Assembly (NCBI RefSeq): GCF_020885515.1
Contig: NZ_AP024987.1
Location: 1,230,001 to 1,262,000 of the forward strand
DNA length: 32,000 nt
Direction of reading: 5' to 3'
Source: a cyanobacterium endosymbiont of Braarudosphaera bigelowii
Lineage (GTDB): Bacteria > Cyanobacteriota > Cyanobacteriia > Cyanobacteriales > Microcystaceae
The notes beneath the pieces are model-generated. The model worked only from the letters and a program-made list of their open reading frames with translations. It searched no databases and was not told the origin of the DNA. Below, in pieces: positions 30,346 to 32,000 of the stretch. The translations under genes and the position numbers were made by a program. Position 1 is the first letter of the stretch; each line of letters starts with the position of its first letter.

Positions 30346-32000
30346 ATGTTTGTGAAGTTAAACTCCTTATGGATTGAAGGAACTACTCGTACTGGCAAAA
30401 CAACCCAATTAGTTAAGAAGTTTTTTTACTTAATTCAAGAGAGGGGAAATGGCCAAAGTTTAACCCCTATACAATCAATTACTCATAACCTTGCTTCATC
30501 AGTATTAGTTTTATCTGCAAATGACGATAATCGTCGTAAATTGTTTGATAAACTTTCTTCTATAACTAAAGGTAAATATGCTATTCATTGTAAAACACCT
30601 TTAGGATTCATGAGAGATGAATTAAAGTTATTTTGGCCTCTTCTATTTAAAAAACTAAAGCTAAAGGAAGAATTCCCTTTATTTTTAAGAACCGAAACTG
30701 AACAAGCATTCGCCACTAAATTATGGAAACCATATTTAGAAAAGTATCAAATATTACTTACTAAGAATCATGAGTTTCGCTTTATTCGCCAAACTCTAGA
30801 CTTATTGCAATTAGCAAGTGCTAGTGGGGTAATGGTTGAAGACATATCCTTTATATTAGAGTATGGCTTAAAAGAAGAATACTACTTTTTAAAAGAATTC
30901 CATAGCTCTATCCATACTAAAAAAACTTTGCCAAAGTTACAGCAGAAATTAATTACACAATGGAAAGGATGGTGTTTTAGTCGTGGCATAATAACTTATG
31001 GACTTATCTATAACTTATATTGGCAGTATTTATTGCCTAACTCTCAATATAGAGATTTTTTAATTAACCGTTATCGTGGAATTTTTGCAGATGATATTGA
31101 TGACTATCCTGCTATAACTAAAGATTTATTTCAATTTTTTATAGATCATCAAAAATTTTGTGTTTTTACTTACAATCCATATGGACAAGTTAGATTAGGT
31201 CTAAGCGCTGACCCTAAGTACTTATGTCGTATAAAGCCTTATTGTAATACGATAATATTATCTACATATCCAAAACTTTTTGATATCAGCAATCAACTTA
31301 TCTTAGAACAAATAGATAATCCTTTATCTTCAAAAAAACTTCCTTACTTTTTCTCATCAATTAAAACTTCTTCAAGAGCCGAACTTCTTCAAAAAACAGC
31401 CAATTTTATAGTTAAGGCTATTGAAAATCATCAAGTTACTCCTAACGAAATTGCAATTATTGCACCTGGTTTAGATGAAATCGCACGTTACACTCTAATT
31501 GAGACCTTATCAACAGCTAATATTCCTGTTAGATTATTAAATGAACAACGTCCTCTGATAAGTTTCCCAATTATTCGTGCATTATTAACTCTTTTGGGAC
31601 TAGTTTTTCCTGGACTAGGACAATTTGTTGAAACACATGATATTGCGCAAATGCTCACTATATTAAGCTATGATTATGAAAATAATACAATGATAATTGA
31701 CCCTGTTAGATCAGGAATCTTAGCTGATAATTGTTTTTATATGGATAAACAACATCCTAAGCTATTACCGTTAGAGCAATATTCTAGGTGGGATAGGATG
31801 GGATACAATGCTGCTAAGGCTTATAAAAGGTTATATTCTTGGGTAAAAGAAACAAGATATGAAATAGAACAAAAACAACCTGCTAACCCTATAGAAGTTA
31901 TCGATTCAGCAATTAAAAAATTTATAGAATCTAGGTATCAATTACCTCATGAACAACTATTAGCTCTGAAAGAACTTACAGAAACTGCCCAACATTTTTG
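30346..32000 (+). CDS. P-loop UvrD/AddB-like helicase-nuclease family protein, N-terminal 551 codons; continues beyond the window end
   Basis: I translated the whole stretch and it is open from ATG 30346 to 32000. An alternative start is GTG 30352, 7 nt after GAGGA. It has Walker A GTTRTGKT, a Walker B-like IFADDIDDY and NEIAIIAPG. The family call comes from pattern memory. It is absent from the ORF track, probably because the window edge truncates it. Confidence 0.55.
   Translation, partial: MFVKLNSLWIEGTTRTGKTTQLVKKFFYLIQERGNGQSLTPIQSITHNLASSVLVLSANDDNRRKLFDKLSSITKGKYAIHCKTPLGFMRDELKLFWPLLFKKLKLKEEFPLFLRTETEQAFATKLWKPYLEKYQILLTKNHEFRFIRQTLDLLQLASASGVMVEDISFILEYGLKEEYYFLKEFHSSIHTKKTLPKLQQKLITQWKGWCFSRGIITYGLIYNLYWQYLLPNSQYRDFLINRYRGIFADDIDDYPAITKDLFQFFIDHQKFCVFTYNPYGQVRLGLSADPKYLCRIKPYCNTIILSTYPKLFDISNQLILEQIDNPLSSKKLPYFFSSIKTSSRAELLQKTANFIVKAIENHQVTPNEIAIIAPGLDEIARYTLIETLSTANIPVRLLNEQRPLISFPIIRALLTLLGLVFPGLGQFVETHDIAQMLTILSYDYENNTMIIDPVRSGILADNCFYMDKQHPKLLPLEQYSRWDRMGYNAAKAYKRLYSWVKETRYEIEQKQPANPIEVIDSAIKKFIESRYQLPHEQLLALKELTETAQHF

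Overview
This is an AT-rich cyanobacterial chromosome segment with low coding density. Cyanobacterial signature genes are kaiC, psaM, pxcA/cemA, a DUF760 gene, sufBCDS, and groESL with a CIRCE operator. I support about 24 intact protein genes: sufBCDS, secA, metG, a LabA/NYN-family gene, an LptC-like gene, a DegT-family aminotransferase, acs, tatC, psaM, a DUF360 membrane protein, a TolC-like porin, groES/groEL, kaiC, scpB, DUF760, pxcA, and two edge-truncated genes. There are also tRNA-Thr(UGU), tRNA-Ser(UGA) and several hairpins or palindromes. I saw no transposase, integrase, CRISPR array, prophage block or defence island, so I do not claim a novel multi-gene system. The most interesting signal is the decay of regulators where they sit. 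The 1.24 kb ORF-free stretch upstream of an intact kaiC still carries recognisable, stop- and frameshift-riddled remains of kaiA and kaiB in the ancestral kaiA-kaiB-kaiC order. The 0.9 kb ORF-free stretch divergent from sufB appears to hold a decayed sufR. In contrast, the HrcA operator (CIRCE) in front of groESL is perfect. Composition, gene content and the pseudogenised regulators suggest a genome-reduced symbiotic or organelle-like unicellular cyanobacterium, possibly UCYN-A / Candidatus Atelocyanobacterium-like. That placement is inference from reading the sequence, not a database result. All homology statements rest on my own translation and my memory of family sequences.
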